Translations under genes and position numbers: made by a program
The notes under the pieces: generated by a model
Told to the model about the DNA's origin: nothing
The model's database searches: none
Seen by the model: only the letters and a program-made list of their open reading frames with translations
IMG/VR virus record: IMGVR_UViG_3300030331_003845
Location: 1-57,336 of that record
Origin: a virus
Taxonomy: Duplodnaviria; Caudoviricetes
Direction: 5' to 3' (one strand)
Length of the DNA stretch: 57,336 bases
Shown: piece after piece, positions 25,327 through 35,468 of the stretch
Layout: every line of letters starts with the position of its first letter
Numbering within the stretch: position 1 is the stretch's first letter

Positions 25327-26368
25327 CTTTTCCTTTTTGTAGCAAATCGTAGACTCGTTTGAATCTCTTTTGCTGTTCATAGAAGTATGATGCACCTTTT
25401 TCTCGCATATCTTTAATACTACTTGGATTACCACCAGCTATGATTCCAGCTCCTAATACTCCGTCTGCTCTTGTTACAAACTCTCCGTCTGCTAATTGAG
25501 CTAACATTGTATCTTCGTCTTTGTCTCCTGTGCCTGATCCGTCCTCGACGTATCCCATTGCTCTTACATAATTGTTACTATCGTTTTCATCGTGTGTTGT
25601 TTTACTTGGTAAAAAATTAATACCACCTTCATTGAATCTTTTAATTTCTGCTAATCCACCTTTGTTGTAAGTGAATTTATTCATCTCTATATTACCAATT
25701 TGAAACTCAGGATTTCTACCTGCTTCAGGTATATAAACTTGTGCGTATGTTTTTTCTTCTCCTGTTTCTGGATCTATATATTTTAAACCACCTCTTTCTT
25801 CTTGTAGCTGAGCTACGCCCAAATTATACCCTGGTGTAAATACGGTTTGTGCTTTTGGATCAAACGCACCACCTAAATAAGTACCTGCACCAACTGCAAA
25901 GGCTGCTTTGAATGGATCTATTTGATATTCACCAGTAGCAGTGTCACCAACATATCTTTTTCTCATAAATAATTTTTGTAATATATTTCTCTTGTCATCA
26001 TTAGCAGCTGCGCTTGCAGCTGAAACGCTTCCTGATGTTGTGGCTGCAGTTCCAAGATTTAACGCGTTTGATCCTTTTGCTAAATTTGGTAAAGTGCCTA
26101 AAGTGCTTTGTTGAGGTAAGCCTAACATTGCTCCTAATGAAGTGTTTGCAAATGCTTTTACTGGCCCTAATTGTGTAAAAGTAGGTACTGTAGTTCCGAA
26201 TCCTGCAGTACTTACTCCAGGAATCATTTTACCACCTTGATATCCCAAAAACGCTCCTGTGGCACCTGCTAATAATCTTTGAATACCAGAACCACCTGCA
26301 TCTTTTGATGCTTTGTATCCCTTGTATCCTCCGTATGCTGCTAGTGCGTAAGGTAAAAATTGTAACAT
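25301..26368 (-). CDS. Virion protein with GTGDxDED...LADGEFV domain and xxGG motifs
   Basis: YNKGGL, FNEGG, GSGTGDKDEDTMLAQLADGEFV. Confidence 0.75.
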   Translation of the reverse strand: MLQFLPYALAAYGGYKGYKASKDAGGSGIQRLLAGATGAFLGYQGGKMIPGVSTAGFGTTVPTFTQLGPVKAFANTSLGAMLGLPQQSTLGTLPNLAKGSNALNLGTAATTSGSVSAASAAANDDKRNILQKLFMRKRYVGDTATGEYQIDPFKAAFAVGAGTYLGGAFDPKAQTVFTPGYNLGVAQLQEERGGLKYIDPETGEEKTYAQVYIPEAGRNPEFQIGNIEMNKFTYNKGGLAEIKRFNEGGINFLPSKTTHDENDSNNYVRAMGYVEDGSGTGDKDEDTMLAQLADGEFVTRADGVLGAGIIAGGNPSSIKDMREKGASYFYEQQKRFKRVYDLLQKGKDAESKTVN

Positions 26369-26417
26369 ATGTTTAATTTATCATTATAATTAGCCAATTA
26401 TAAATATTATCATTTTA

Positions 26418-27218
26418 CTATGACACAATCAACTCATCGGAGAACCTACCTGTATACTGATGTTCTCCTACATGGCTAATATAGTCATTAACGTAAGCAT
26501 GACATTTGCCTCCTATTTTACGCCATAGTTTGCAAAAAGCAAAGTCCTCGCCCATATAAGTTTTTGATTCAGGATCATGAAGAGTATCAAAGAAATTATA
26601 CATATCAGGAATTTTTTGTAGTTTACCATTAATCAATGTGTCTTGGTTTATAACCTTATCGGGATATTCTTTTTTCATCTTTTCAAATACTGACCTGTTT
26701 ATTAACATGAATCCAGTGGGTACGTGCTCCACCTCTATTACACCTTTGTCAATTTTTATATTTTTTGTGTCCTCAACTCTTATTGGGTATCTATAGAAAC
26801 CTTTATTCTTTAAATCCTCTGCATCTTTTATTTTACCTTTTTTGATTAGATCATGTGCTTTACCCCATGCCATATCTTTTATTGGGTATGGTATAGATAT
26901 AACATCTTTATTAGCATCGATTAAATGTTGTAAGCTTTCTGGCTTAAAAGAAATATCAGAGTCAACGAACAACATGTGTGTAGATTTAGATTGTAAGAAA
27001 GCAGATACACATAAATTACGACCTTGAGTTACAAGTGAAGATTTGAAAAGCTGTATCATAATACCAATCTTCTGTTGCATACAATATTTTTGTAATTCTA
27101 AAACTGATTGCGTGTAATGTATTGTTAAATCAGAATGGCATGGTGTAGCTACAAAAATTCTATGTTGGGGTAAGTTCACTTCTTTTTTGTCAAACCAAAT
27201 AGGTTCATGATTTTGCAT
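26418..27218 (-). CDS. Glycosyltransferase, GT-A fold
   Basis: ATPC, SLVTQGRN, HMLFVDSD (DxD), PTGFMLI, GEDFAFC, HVG. Confidence 0.85.
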   Translation of the reverse strand: MQNHEPIWFDKKEVNLPQHRIFVATPCHSDLTIHYTQSVLELQKYCMQQKIGIMIQLFKSSLVTQGRNLCVSAFLQSKSTHMLFVDSDISFKPESLQHLIDANKDVISIPYPIKDMAWGKAHDLIKKGKIKDAEDLKNKGFYRYPIRVEDTKNIKIDKGVIEVEHVPTGFMLINRSVFEKMKKEYPDKVINQDTLINGKLQKIPDMYNFFDTLHDPESKTYMGEDFAFCKLWRKIGGKCHAYVNDYISHVGEHQYTGRFSDELIVS

Positions 27219-28134
27219 TTGCGACTCCCTCTAAAAAATTAGTCCACTCTATTTTACGCTTCTTCCAAGAGTAAAACATTTTATAAAAATCTTGTTGTTT
27301 TTGTAAATATTCTTGACATCTATCTGTATGTAAATACTCACGCACTTCATCTATTGCATACGCAAAACACGTAGATAAATTTTTACGATTATTATCATAT
27401 TGAACATAGACTGGCCATTCACTACATGTTTCGTAAAGTGCACCATAATTTGTTGTAATCATGTGCATACCTGCACCAAGAGCCTCTATGGCAGATATAC
27501 AAGATGTCTCTTCCCATATATTAGAGTAAGGAAAGATTTGATACTCTTGTAGATGACTTGTAATAAAATCATTATTGTGCCAACCTTTATAATTAACATT
27601 TGGCATCTCTGCACATTGCGCATACAAGGGCTTATAAGTATCATCATTTTTATCTCTGAAAGCATCACCATAAACTTTTGTAGATGAGTATACATCTAAA
27701 GTTACATCTTCACTTTTCACTAATTGCATAGCTCCTAATATTACATTAAGACCTCGCCAAGGTGTTGGGTGAAAGATCATACGTATTGGATCTCCTTGTT
27801 TATATATCTTTCTTTCAGGAAAAACCTCTATTGCGTTTTTTATTACTGTACATCGCTCTGTAGGGATTTTAAAAAAGTATCTAAACTTTTCATATAACCA
27901 ATGTGAGTTAAATACATACCAATCATATTTATCGTGATTATCTTTGTTTTTAAACCAAGGGAATAAATTGGGTTGATCGTAAGAATTTTGTTGCCATAAA
28001 ATATTTATCTTATCTTTTGATAAGGGTATCTTCTCAGGCACTGATGTTGTAATTTGGAATTTTTCTAGTAGCTTAGAGTCTACGTGTCTCTCTAACATTG
28101 CTACTTGTAGCTCTGTTCCGCCTTTAGGGTCCAT
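27205..28134 (-). CDS. Glycosyltransferase, GT-B fold (GT4-like)
   Basis: GGTE, TPWRGL, YSNIWEETSCISAIEA (ExxxxxxxE). Confidence 0.88.
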   Translation of the reverse strand: MDPKGGTELQVAMLERHVDSKLLEKFQITTSVPEKIPLSKDKINILWQQNSYDQPNLFPWFKNKDNHDKYDWYVFNSHWLYEKFRYFFKIPTERCTVIKNAIEVFPERKIYKQGDPIRMIFHPTPWRGLNVILGAMQLVKSEDVTLDVYSSTKVYGDAFRDKNDDTYKPLYAQCAEMPNVNYKGWHNNDFITSHLQEYQIFPYSNIWEETSCISAIEALGAGMHMITTNYGALYETCSEWPVYVQYDNNRKNLSTCFAYAIDEVREYLHTDRCQEYLQKQQDFYKMFYSWKKRKIEWTNFLEGVANAKS

Positions 28135-28319
28135 TATTTAGTTTTACCAAATACTTCTAAAGAAGCAACAGTTACTTGTAAGTCCTGTTGAAGATCTGAC
28201 TGTACGGTGTCCGTTGTTGGATCAGCCACATCCTTGTCAAACTCTACTTTGTCTTTGTATATTTTACCTGTTCTTTTATTTTTTATGATCTCTTTTGCTT
28301 TAGCTGGTATTATTTTCAT
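28134..28319 (-). CDS. Conserved small hypothetical protein
   Basis: 61 aa, NKRTGKIY...DVADP; coupled to neighbours. Confidence 0.7.
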   Translation of the reverse strand: MKIIPAKAKEIIKNKRTGKIYKDKVEFDKDVADPTTDTVQSDLQQDLQVTVASLEVFGKTK

Positions 28320-28450
28320 CTACCTTGTCCTCTACTAGGTTTACGACGTGGCTTCCTTTTACTAAATTTCTTCGCGTGGCGACCAGGTCTTTTTTTGGGT
28401 GTTCTCTTTTTATAATTATTTACACCGAATAATGGTTTCTTCTTAGCCAT
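28316..28450 (-). CDS. 44-aa highly basic peptide ending RGQGR (not in ORF track)
   Basis: MAKKKPLFG...RPGRHAKK...SRGQGR. Confidence 0.65.
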   Translation of the reverse strand: MAKKKPLFGVNNYKKRTPKKRPGRHAKKFSKRKPRRKPSRGQGR

Positions 28451-28781
28451 TTTCTTGTGACCTGTCAATCAACGCGTAACTGATAACACCAGTAATTACA
28501 CCACCTACTGAGGCTTCAAAGTTAATAGCATCACCACCTTCTAAATTAAGGACGTTGTTTATTGCAGAATTTGAGGTATCTGTGGTTAATGTTTTAATAA
28601 AAAATTGTACTGCCGAACCACCTGAAGGTGTAACTGAACCTTTTACTAATACATCTCCTGAATGATCGTTAGCAATATCAACAGCTTTCACAATGCACGT
28701 ACCTGAAGTAGGGCAAGTAAAGACTGAAGTGACTGCTGTGTTTGCTAAAGAAAATGTTTCGTTTTTATATTGTATTGTCAT
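28443..28781 (-). CDS. Small beta-rich virion protein
   Basis: 112 aa; LNLEGGDAI...SYALIDR. Confidence 0.75.
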   Translation of the reverse strand: MTIQYKNETFSLANTAVTSVFTCPTSGTCIVKAVDIANDHSGDVLVKGSVTPSGGSAVQFFIKTLTTDTSNSAINNVLNLEGGDAINFEASVGGVITGVISYALIDRSQENG

Positions 28782-28942
28782 GACATGAATAAATTAAATG
28801 CTTGTTGTTCGTTTTTCAAGTCTTCTTGAAAAGAAGTATTGAGTTGTGTTTTCACTGTGTCTAAAGAAGCAATAATCTGTCTTTGATTCTCTTCTTCATA
28901 AGTAACTTTAGGTTCAGGTATGTAAACTGTTATCTTTGCCAT
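28778..28942 (-). CDS. 54-aa tail-associated protein (not in ORF track)
   Basis: MAKITVYIPEPKVTYEEENQRQI...; coupled at both ends. Confidence 0.65.
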   Translation of the reverse strand: MAKITVYIPEPKVTYEEENQRQIIASLDTVKTQLNTSFQEDLKNEQQAFNLFMS

Positions 28943-30873
28943 TATCTTCTACCATCTGGTTCAACGTCTGCTCTAAACGTACCAAATCTCCAATTGTCAC
29001 CAACAGCACTGTTTTCAATTTTTAAGTTTGCTAATCTACCTCTTACTCTTGTATCAATTTTACTTGTTGATCCTGTGACAACAAAAGATACATTTGTAGA
29101 AATATTTGAGGTAGGAAAGTTTTTTGTGCCTAATGTAACTGTACAATTACCTTGTAAGTTTTTAAAATCAGGTAGAAATCTTCTTACATTCAATAAAAAT
29201 TGACCATCGCCCTGAAGATCAATATCAAAATCACCTGATAATACAAAAGCTGATATCGCAGATGAAGCTCCAGATAAATCTACTTTGTTTACACCATTCT
29301 CATGTTGAAACAATGTGGATGCTCCAAATGTATTTGTAACACCTTGCACTGTTGGAAACTGAGGTGTGTCTGTTAGATTATATTCAGTCGCTTGTGGGTT
29401 TTCATAGGTAATTGAATCTGCATATGTAGACCTTGCTAAAGACATTGTAGACCAAGTATTTTCTCTATAATTGTATACTACAGCTCTATCTATTTGTGTG
29501 GATGGGCTGCTGACCGGTGTCCCTTTTGGATAGAACCAAATGATCTCGCTATATAAAGAATTATGAGATGCATAAATTATTTCATTAGAATTATAGTTTA
29601 CACCTAAATTATCGCCATCAGTCTGAAATACAAAGTCTTCGACTAAACTAGGTAAATTTTTTACTGTACCATCAAATACAAAGAATCCGCCTGCAAGACC
29701 CATCCAATATACTTTACCATCTGCATATGCTGCAGCGTGTTGACCAATACATCCACAGTTTGTACCCACTTGTCTAATACTAAATGTAAAAGGTGGACCA
29801 ACAAATTGCATAGTATATGCTGCTTGATCTGTAAGAACTAAAATATAATCTTTACCTGAAACGGCTGTAACAATTGTATTACCTTTGTCTAGTCTGAATG
29901 TCCCTGCAGTATTTACACTTGTAGGTTCGTAATCGTTAAAGTTTTCTTGATCTGAAAACCGTATAAACATTGGATCTTGTTTTGTTGGATCTCCCACAAT
30001 AGTTTCAGTTCCAAAATGCACGAAGTGTCTATCTCGATCTGACACTGCTGTTAGAATAGATTTTGTAGGTGCTGAAGTTTGTATAGTTGCTCTATTTGCT
30101 GTTGGATTAGCAGCACCCGCATCCCAAGTGAATGTTTTACCATTTCGTATTGTTGCTGTAAGAATCTCACCAAAGTTATCTAATGACCAACTTCCTGGGT
30201 CTAGAATAGTAGTAGAAGATGTTGTTTGTTGACCCCAAGGTATACTTCCAACAGATCCACCCCAAACACCTGTACCCCAACCATAACCAGCAGTTTGCAA
30301 AATAGGTCCGATCGTTTCGTATTTTTGTAAAGATGTACTACCTCCAGCAGACATACCTGTGCCTCCTTCATTTGATGGCATTGTTACTGTAAAACTATTT
30401 GTTGCTGCTGTTGTTACTTCAAAAGTGTTCGTTGTAAAATCTGTATCAACATATGTTGTTGCTCCACCACCGGGTAGAGTAACTGAAGAAAAAATAAAAT
30501 AGTCACCTTCCTCAAACCCGTGTGATGTTTTATTTATTGTAACTGTATTAGATCCATTAGAACTAGTAAATGTAGCACCTGTCAAAGCTGTAGCTAATGG
30601 TGTTATATCAAAATATTCACCACCATAATATATTAATAAAAGTTTAGATGTGCCAATTGCTGCATATTTTCTACCTTCTAAATCTGTAAAAGTATGTTGT
30701 GCTCTAGCAGGTCCTGAGATAGTTTTCTCACCTATTGCAACAAAGCCACCAATTTTTTCTGGTTGACCATATCTAAATCTTACAAAGTCTCCATCTATCC
30801 ATTTTCCTTCAGCTCCTGAAGGTGTTTCTGTTTTATCAAAACCTGGTAATAATTTTATATTTGCTAATGCCAT
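28942..30873 (-). CDS. Tail nozzle / DNA stabilization protein (P22 gp10 / T7 gp12-like)
   Basis: 643-aa beta-propeller-like protein; WIDGDFVRFR, IRFSDQE, C-terminal DGRR. Confidence 0.8.
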   Translation of the reverse strand: MALANIKLLPGFDKTETPSGAEGKWIDGDFVRFRYGQPEKIGGFVAIGEKTISGPARAQHTFTDLEGRKYAAIGTSKLLLIYYGGEYFDITPLATALTGATFTSSNGSNTVTINKTSHGFEEGDYFIFSSVTLPGGGATTYVDTDFTTNTFEVTTAATNSFTVTMPSNEGGTGMSAGGSTSLQKYETIGPILQTAGYGWGTGVWGGSVGSIPWGQQTTSSTTILDPGSWSLDNFGEILTATIRNGKTFTWDAGAANPTANRATIQTSAPTKSILTAVSDRDRHFVHFGTETIVGDPTKQDPMFIRFSDQENFNDYEPTSVNTAGTFRLDKGNTIVTAVSGKDYILVLTDQAAYTMQFVGPPFTFSIRQVGTNCGCIGQHAAAYADGKVYWMGLAGGFFVFDGTVKNLPSLVEDFVFQTDGDNLGVNYNSNEIIYASHNSLYSEIIWFYPKGTPVSSPSTQIDRAVVYNYRENTWSTMSLARSTYADSITYENPQATEYNLTDTPQFPTVQGVTNTFGASTLFQHENGVNKVDLSGASSAISAFVLSGDFDIDLQGDGQFLLNVRRFLPDFKNLQGNCTVTLGTKNFPTSNISTNVSFVVTGSTSKIDTRVRGRLANLKIENSAVGDNWRFGTFRADVEPDGRR

Positions 30874-31817
30874 TATGCTACCCTCATAAATCTGTAAACC
30901 ATTTCGCCGGCACCGCCTGTGCCACCTAGTGTTGCTCCTGTGCTATCGACTTGAGCTGCACCGCCTCCTGCACCCGATCCTCGAGTTCCGTCTCCACCAT
31001 CCGTGCCACTGCCGATAGATGACCCTGCTGTACCCCCAGCTATATTTCCTGCAAACGATGGAGCACCACCAAAACCACTTATTCGACAACCTGATCCTGA
31101 ACAGTTACCTGTTCCTGTCAAATTACCTTGTGCTCCATTACCTGAATCATTAAAGTTACCTGTGGGACCTGTGGTAAGTGTGGTTAATAATTTTGCTAAT
31201 CCATCAGAGTCTCTGAAAGTTCCTGATGAATATCTTCCACTAGCAACAGTTGCTGAACCTGCAGATCCTGCAGTGTTAGTACGTAGCGTGGTTGAATCAC
31301 TGCCTGTTCCACTTGATCCGCCGCCACCACCTAAAGTAAATAATGATCCTGTTACTGAAGCAGATAAACTTGTAACAGTTCCATCTCCTGCTGTACTGTC
31401 TGCATTACTTCCGTCATTACCTGGAGCTCCACCCACACCAACTGAATAGGTAAGAGTTTCATTACCAGCAACAATGAATACAGTGTCAGAAATATATGCA
31501 CCTGATCCTCCACCTGCTCCAGCAGATTCTCCGTTTGCACCTGAGTCTGCATCTCCTCCACGCGCTGCTCCTCCGCCTCCTGCTACTGCAGATTTAATAT
31601 GTATTGCATTCGCATTTTCAGGAACTGTAAATGTGCCGGTGCCCGTTGACAAAGTAATAAAGCTTGTTGCTTGAAATGACGAAAAAACTAATTTAAATGT
31701 ACCACCAACATTTGCATACGCTTCATCAACACCCTGAAAAGTACCACTAACATTAACATAAATGTTGTTTGCATTTTTAAATTCAGTTCCGTTATGTACG
31801 TATGTTTCTGATGCCAT
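30873..31817 (-). CDS. Glycine-rich tail fibre-associated protein
   Basis: Repeated GGGG/GAGG segments. Confidence 0.75.
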   Translation of the reverse strand: MASETYVHNGTEFKNANNIYVNVSGTFQGVDEAYANVGGTFKLVFSSFQATSFITLSTGTGTFTVPENANAIHIKSAVAGGGGAARGGDADSGANGESAGAGGGSGAYISDTVFIVAGNETLTYSVGVGGAPGNDGSNADSTAGDGTVTSLSASVTGSLFTLGGGGGSSGTGSDSTTLRTNTAGSAGSATVASGRYSSGTFRDSDGLAKLLTTLTTGPTGNFNDSGNGAQGNLTGTGNCSGSGCRISGFGGAPSFAGNIAGGTAGSSIGSGTDGGDGTRGSGAGGGAAQVDSTGATLGGTGGAGEMVYRFMRVA

Positions 31818-31826
31818 GTATATCTC

Positions 31827-32495
31827 CTATGAATATACAAACCATAAATCTCCATTTGCACCACCAGCAGGTGTAACATTTGTAGTGATAGTAAACTTTC
31901 TTTCTAGCTTATCTGCAGTCACAGCATTGTTAGAAATTTTAACTGTTGTCACAGCATCATTTGAGAGTTTTACAGTTGTAATTTGATTGTCTGAAATTTT
32001 TGCAGTTACTATTTGATTGTCTGATATTTTTGCAGTAATCACAGCGTTGTCAGCTATTGATCCACTACCAACTTCACCACCTAATGTATTTAATGCTATT
32101 TCATTTAAATTCGTACCATCAGAATATGCTAAATGTATTTTACCATTGTCAGGATCGAAACCTGTTCCTGAAGCAGTTTTGAAAGTAAGATTATGTCCAC
32201 CTCTTGTTGTAGAGTCTTTTACAATATACATTTTCTCAACAGAGTCAGGAATAGTTACTGATGAAGCTCCAAGCAGTGTGCCTGCAAATTCAACAACCAT
32301 ATTTCTTGCTTGAGAAATTGCACCATCGTCCATCGTCAAAGCTACTGTAGTCGCTGTAACGTTAATAGACTCATATCCTGATATAGCCTGTTCAGCTAAT
32401 TGTAAGTTTGTATTTGTTTTAGAACCCCATGTACCGGCATTAGCACCAGTGACCATTAATTCTATTTTAAGATTTGTACTAAATGTTGAAGCCAT
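31827..32495 (-). CDS. Tail fibre protein with 10-aa repeats
   Basis: GTWGSKTNTNL N-terminus; (S/A)DNxIxTxKI repeats; GDLWF. Confidence 0.8.
   Translation of the reverse strand: MASTFSTNLKIELMVTGANAGTWGSKTNTNLQLAEQAISGYESINVTATTVALTMDDGAISQARNMVVEFAGTLLGASSVTIPDSVEKMYIVKDSTTRGGHNLTFKTASGTGFDPDNGKIHLAYSDGTNLNEIALNTLGGEVGSGSIADNAVITAKISDNQIVTAKISDNQITTVKLSNDAVTTVKISNNAVTADKLERKFTITTNVTPAGGANGDLWFVYS
31981..32040. repeat. 30-bp coding tandem repeat
   Basis: ATTTGATTGTCTGA(A/T)ATTTTTGCAGT.. x2, encoding SDNQI repeats. Confidence 0.75.
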
Positions 32496-32512
32496 AATTC
32501 ATTATAATTTTA

Positions 32513-33019
32513 CTAAGCAGCAATATCAACCTCCACCCAAGTATTTGTAACATCTGTGCTTACCTCAGACCATGCTAATGAGCCAACAGTACCAACAGAA
32601 ACAGTCAAAGGTAAAGATTGTGCATCTACTGGTGTATCCAATAGAGCTTCCACACTATCTAAAGTTAGATTCATATTGATGCCTGTTACATTAGCATCTA
32701 TATCAATACTAGCAGTACCGTTACCTAGTGTGGCTGTAATCGCATTGCCTGTTAATTGTACACTTCCACTTATTGTAAACGAGACAGTGCCTGTGCTCGT
32801 AAACATTGGATTACCAATCGGAAGATTTATTCCGCCTGCAGTAATACCCACTGCGTTTACTGCTGTATTTAAAACTTGTCCTACAGGAATTACATCAGGA
32901 TCAACTTGTGAAGCTCCTATTGCGGATGTTAAATTTAATCCCGTAACTTGAGCAAAGGTAGTTGGAGTACCTAATGCTGCTATTGCATCTTGTGATATGG
33001 CCGTTATTCCAAAAGCCAT
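32513..33019 (-). CDS. Virion/tail protein
   Basis: Thr/Gly-rich with W..V...W C-terminus. Confidence 0.7.
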   Translation of the reverse strand: MAFGITAISQDAIAALGTPTTFAQVTGLNLTSAIGASQVDPDVIPVGQVLNTAVNAVGITAGGINLPIGNPMFTSTGTVSFTISGSVQLTGNAITATLGNGTASIDIDANVTGINMNLTLDSVEALLDTPVDAQSLPLTVSVGTVGSLAWSEVSTDVTNTWVEVDIAA

Positions 33020-33021
33020 GT

Positions 33022-34068
33022 TTACCTCGCTGTAGCCGGTATATTATTTGAACCTACTAATGGCGCCTCTGCAAATGCCATATAAACGTATATATTTCCT
33101 GAGCCATTGACTGTTGCACTAGCAGAATCACCTCCCTTTAATGCAAAACCATTTGAGTACATCTGTAATCCATAACCATCATTTAATGTACCAGTAGTAC
33201 TAGGAAATAAAACATTAGACTCATTACTTCCTTTTCCATTAAAAGAAATTTTATTATCTGTTGCTACCCAATTTGCGGTAGCACTTGAATTTTTAACTAT
33301 AACCCAAGCTGGTTTAAATCCTGTATAAACAAATGTACCATCAGTGTTACCGTTACCGGTATAGGATCCAAATTTACTGAAACCAGTTTTTTCTGCAAAA
33401 CAGTAACTAATATAAGTTGCTGCATTCTCGTTAGCTGGTCCTCCTTTAGTAAAAACTGATGAAGTTGGAGCTGTATCATTAAAAACATTGCTTGAAGTTG
33501 CCGTAGTATCTGAGGCCTCTAAAAGAAGATATTTAGTAGGACCAATATCTGAAAAATAACTAAACCAATTATCTACAGCTGTTTTTCTTGAAAAAATTAC
33601 TTTTGGTACAGCACCTAATCCATGTCCGATAGTTGCAGTTGATCCAGTGCCTGTATGTGAAACAATACTAAATCCTGCTGTTGTGTTAACTGAAACTGTG
33701 CTTGTAATATCTCCATCACCATTTGAGGAACCTGATCCACCAGCTCTCCAATTCCAAGACGTAAAACTTGCACTATTTGCATTAGTTTCACCACCACCAC
33801 CTGAACCATTTAATGTAAAACCATTGCTATCAAGACTTGTAAATCCATCACCTGATATATCAGCTTGTGCACCAGTCGTATTTGATCTAAGTCTATTTGT
33901 TCCTCTTAAAACATCAAGTAGCACATGGTTATCGGTTCTACTTGTTGATTTTATCCAAAGCCAATCGGGTTGAAAGTTAAGGCCTGTGATGGCATTTGTT
34001 CCAGCATTACCTGTGTAAAGTTTCGGTTCAAAGTAGTCTATAGGCTTATCTATATTTGTATATGGCAT
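33022..34068 (-). CDS. Tail protein, module B copy (paralogue of 36642-37673)
   Basis: YTGN, FQPDWLWIK, GFSIV, GHGLG, YMAFAE, ends PATAR. Confidence 0.85.
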   Translation of the reverse strand: MPYTNIDKPIDYFEPKLYTGNAGTNAITGLNFQPDWLWIKSTSRTDNHVLLDVLRGTNRLRSNTTGAQADISGDGFTSLDSNGFTLNGSGGGGETNANSASFTSWNWRAGGSGSSNGDGDITSTVSVNTTAGFSIVSHTGTGSTATIGHGLGAVPKVIFSRKTAVDNWFSYFSDIGPTKYLLLEASDTTATSSNVFNDTAPTSSVFTKGGPANENAATYISYCFAEKTGFSKFGSYTGNGNTDGTFVYTGFKPAWVIVKNSSATANWVATDNKISFNGKGSNESNVLFPSTTGTLNDGYGLQMYSNGFALKGGDSASATVNGSGNIYVYMAFAEAPLVGSNNIPATAR

Positions 34069-35468
34069 TATAAGTTCAATCCTTTCGTACAAAGAGCAGT
34101 ATAACCCGTAGGTACATCGTATTCAAACCTACCTAAATTTGATGCGTTTGTTCCCGCAGATGTTATCTCAGTAGTTCCAAAAAATCCGTTACCAAAATTA
34201 AACTCTACTTTTGTAGTTCCTGTAGTAGATAAATCCATTATAACAGGAAACATAAATACACCATCAGGAACATAATCATCTCTTGAACCTGCAAGACCCT
34301 CTATTAAACTTCCTGTTCTTGAAGATCCTGAAGTTGGAACTCCAACAGCAGAACCATTACTTAAATATACTCCATCTTTATGAACGTATAATGCCTTATT
34401 ATCCATATCTAAAGCAAAACCAAGAATATCATTTGTTGTATTTGCTGTGCCAGTGCCAAACTCATCTGATGCTGAACCTGTATATCTCCCTGTAAAAGTT
34501 CCATTTAAATTCAGAGTCATCGCTGTGTACTCTGTTTCATCATAATAAGCTTGAGGAAATTTTTGTTCAACTCCACTGCTTATTCCTATTTGCATTCTTG
34601 TATTTGTAATAACTTTGGCTTCCCAATACCATTTTCCTGATGCAGCTCCTATTGTTCCATTATTAATTGATTTTAAAGCGTTATCACTAGTCGTGTCAAA
34701 AGTAGTAGCACCTCCTTTTATGTAATCACTACTGCTATCTGAGGTCATTCTCGATCTCTGTAATGCATTTAAGACGCAAAAATTATTACTAGGACAATCT
34801 TCAGTATTTGTTAAAGTTCCGCTAACTGTAAAATTATTCGTATTACCGGATTGATCTGTAACAGAATTACCATCTTTCAAAATAAAATATCCGTTTGTGC
34901 CGTACGTTACTGATGGACTTGTTATTATTTTCCATTCTCCAGTAGTGCTGTCTGTTTCACCAAATGATGATGCGTCATAAGAATAACCATCTGTCCAATG
35001 TATGTGGCTCATAATTCCCTCAAACGAAGAAGTGTTACCTTGGTCTGCTCTTTGTCCAATATATTGAGCTGTAATACTTTCGCTATATATATAATTATTG
35101 TTTTGACCAGGATAGTTTGTTGAACTAAATGAAGTTTCTTGAACACCATTTACATAAATTCTAATTCTATCGGCTGCTGTACTTTGTGTTGTGTCAACTC
35201 TAATTACAATATGATACCAGGCATTTGTGTCTAAAAACTGTCTATCAGTTACTACACCAGATAAAAGTGAACCACTAGAATTATAATCATACAAACCAAG
35301 AGTGCCATCGCTGTCGAAAAGCCATTGCGTCATTGATGAACTAGAGTAAGAACCTGCTGTCCATAAAAACGATTGTGCCCTAGTTGTCCTTTTTATCCAA
35401 GCTGAAAATGTAAATTTTTGTCTATCACCATTACCGCTAAATGTTCTTGTAAGTCTTGTCGATGCCAT
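34068..35468 (-). CDS. LamG/SPRY-domain tail protein, module B copy
   Basis: MASTRLTRT, AWYHIV, GKWYWE, NFGNG. Confidence 0.85.
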   Translation of the reverse strand: MASTRLTRTFSGNGDRQKFTFSAWIKRTTRAQSFLWTAGSYSSSSMTQWLFDSDGTLGLYDYNSSGSLLSGVVTDRQFLDTNAWYHIVIRVDTTQSTAADRIRIYVNGVQETSFSSTNYPGQNNNYIYSESITAQYIGQRADQGNTSSFEGIMSHIHWTDGYSYDASSFGETDSTTGEWKIITSPSVTYGTNGYFILKDGNSVTDQSGNTNNFTVSGTLTNTEDCPSNNFCVLNALQRSRMTSDSSSDYIKGGATTFDTTSDNALKSINNGTIGAASGKWYWEAKVITNTRMQIGISSGVEQKFPQAYYDETEYTAMTLNLNGTFTGRYTGSASDEFGTGTANTTNDILGFALDMDNKALYVHKDGVYLSNGSAVGVPTSGSSRTGSLIEGLAGSRDDYVPDGVFMFPVIMDLSTTGTTKVEFNFGNGFFGTTEITSAGTNASNLGRFEYDVPTGYTALCTKGLNL

